Assembly: GCA_004431415.1 (NCBI GenBank)
Contig: QPMI01000398.1
Span: 1-64,000, forward strand
Direction: 5' to 3'
Source of the DNA: Cyanophora paradoxa CCMP329
Lineage: Eukaryota > Plantae > Glaucophyta
DNA length: 64,000 nucleotides
In this document: piece after piece, positions 63,001-64,000 of the stretch
Layout of the letters: the number at the start of each line of letters is the position of its first letter
How positions within the stretch are numbered: position 1 is the stretch's first letter
The notes under the pieces: generated by a model
The model's input: only the letters and a program-made list of their open reading frames with translations
Told to the model about the DNA's origin: nothing
The model's database searches: none
Made by a program: the position numbers and the translations under genes

Positions 63001-64000
63001 ACCGGGCCTGGCGCGCAGTAACGAATTCCTGGATCTGTCGCTGCTTCTCTGCGCGCGTCTCGTGTTGGTGGCGCCGGGGACGCGGTTGCGCCATGCGTTC
63101 AGCGACCGGAAGTACAGCCGCCACGCTACGTAGCGCCCGGGAACGGCGCCTCGTCGTCAGCGTCGCGTACGGGGCGGCGGGGCATGGGTTCGGGTCCGGG
63201 ACGAGCCCTTTGATGAGAGCCTCCAGTTTCTCGATCCGGGCGACCAGCGGGGCCGACGGCAAGCCTCCGGGCGCTTCAACAGTCCATCCAGCGATCAGGC
63301 GCTCCACTTTCTTGGACATGACCAGCTGCCACGGCACCGCTCTGCGAGTGGGCGGGCGCGATCCGCGGGCTTTCAAGCATTTGTGTTCCTTAGCGAGTGT
63401 CAGCACCGCCTCCGTGGCCTGTCGGTAGAGAGAGCTGACCCGGTCCCTGCGCTCTTGTTCCGTGCCCGCCGCGCTTAGCGCTTTCTCAAGATCGCTTTCC
63501 AGGGCTTGCAGACGGTCTTCTACAGCCTTTCGGAAGGCCGGCAGCTTCTCCTTCTCAAGTAGGTGCGGTGCGAAGAGCGGCGGCGGGTGCGCCGGGCGGG
63601 CATCGCCCGCGGGCGGTCTGGCGAGTTCGGCTTTGAGCAGATCGTAGTCGGCCATGACCGGGAAGTGGTCAGAGGGGTGCGGTAGCGCCACCTCTGGCGG
63701 CAGCGGGTGCACCGCCAGGAGCGCTGGCGCGAGACCTGCAGAGTGCAACACCGCATCGATACGTCCTGCCGAGATGACCGCGGCGCCTTCGGCGACGGCG
63801 GGCCCGTCCATTTGCTGGTCCTGTTCCGAGTCCGAGTCGTCGGCGCCGTCGTCCCCGCCATCCTCTTCGGCGCCGTGCTGGCTCGGGCCGCGCCTGATGA
63901 AGGTAACTTCGTGTTCGTGGCCTTTCTGTGTCGCCGCGTCAACTAGTGCCCAGGTGCCGGTCAGTTTTCCCCACCACTCGCGTTCCGGCGTCCAGGACTG
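57100..64000 (-). mobile_element. Non-LTR retrotransposon (LINE): APE endonuclease, RT, RNase H and Zn motif; continues past the window end; several frameshifts
   Basis: GRIDAVL..PSDHFPV (APE); LRPITL, QDIRRAYDSV, GLPQG..SP, AYADD (RT, 61124..62722); WTDGS, NKAELQA, HVDN, KVKAH, N..AD (RNase H, 59120..59833); CAGC...ETFPHVFLC; ~1-kb 3' UTR. Confidence 0.93.

Overview
GC-rich eukaryotic nuclear DNA with many short (~50-70 nt) GT-AG introns. A Phe-motif plastid transit peptide together with a flagellar-type CDKL kinase suggests a glaucophyte-like alga (inference). The left half is a nest of mobile elements. A complete 23.5-kb Polinton/Maverick-like endogenous virus (3422-26947) has 546/547-bp TIRs and a 6-bp TSD (GCCGCG). 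It encodes protein-primed PolB, an rve integrase, an A32-like packaging ATPase, a putative MCP, two pentons, a patatin and a 1772-aa phage-type fibre with an S74 autochaperone. It is inserted precisely into the RGG tail of the gag ORF of an internally deleted Ty3/gypsy-like retroelement. At the window start, a second copy of that gag 5' region is fused in frame to the exonuclease domain of a different protein-primed PolB; this ORF runs off the edge and is missing from the ORF track. The right half holds intron-rich host genes: a DOMON-like protein, a CDKL kinase, a lumenal FKBP, an OB-fold protein, and an LRR-SAM-TIR-CaaX gene whose TIR closely resembles the SARM1 NADase. A ~7.2-kb block of these genes is duplicated, and a long LINE (APE-RT-RNase H-Zn) truncates the second TIR copy. 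Most frameshifts are 1-bp losses in short homopolymers and may be sequencing errors. All homology calls come from motif recognition by eye; no searches were run.
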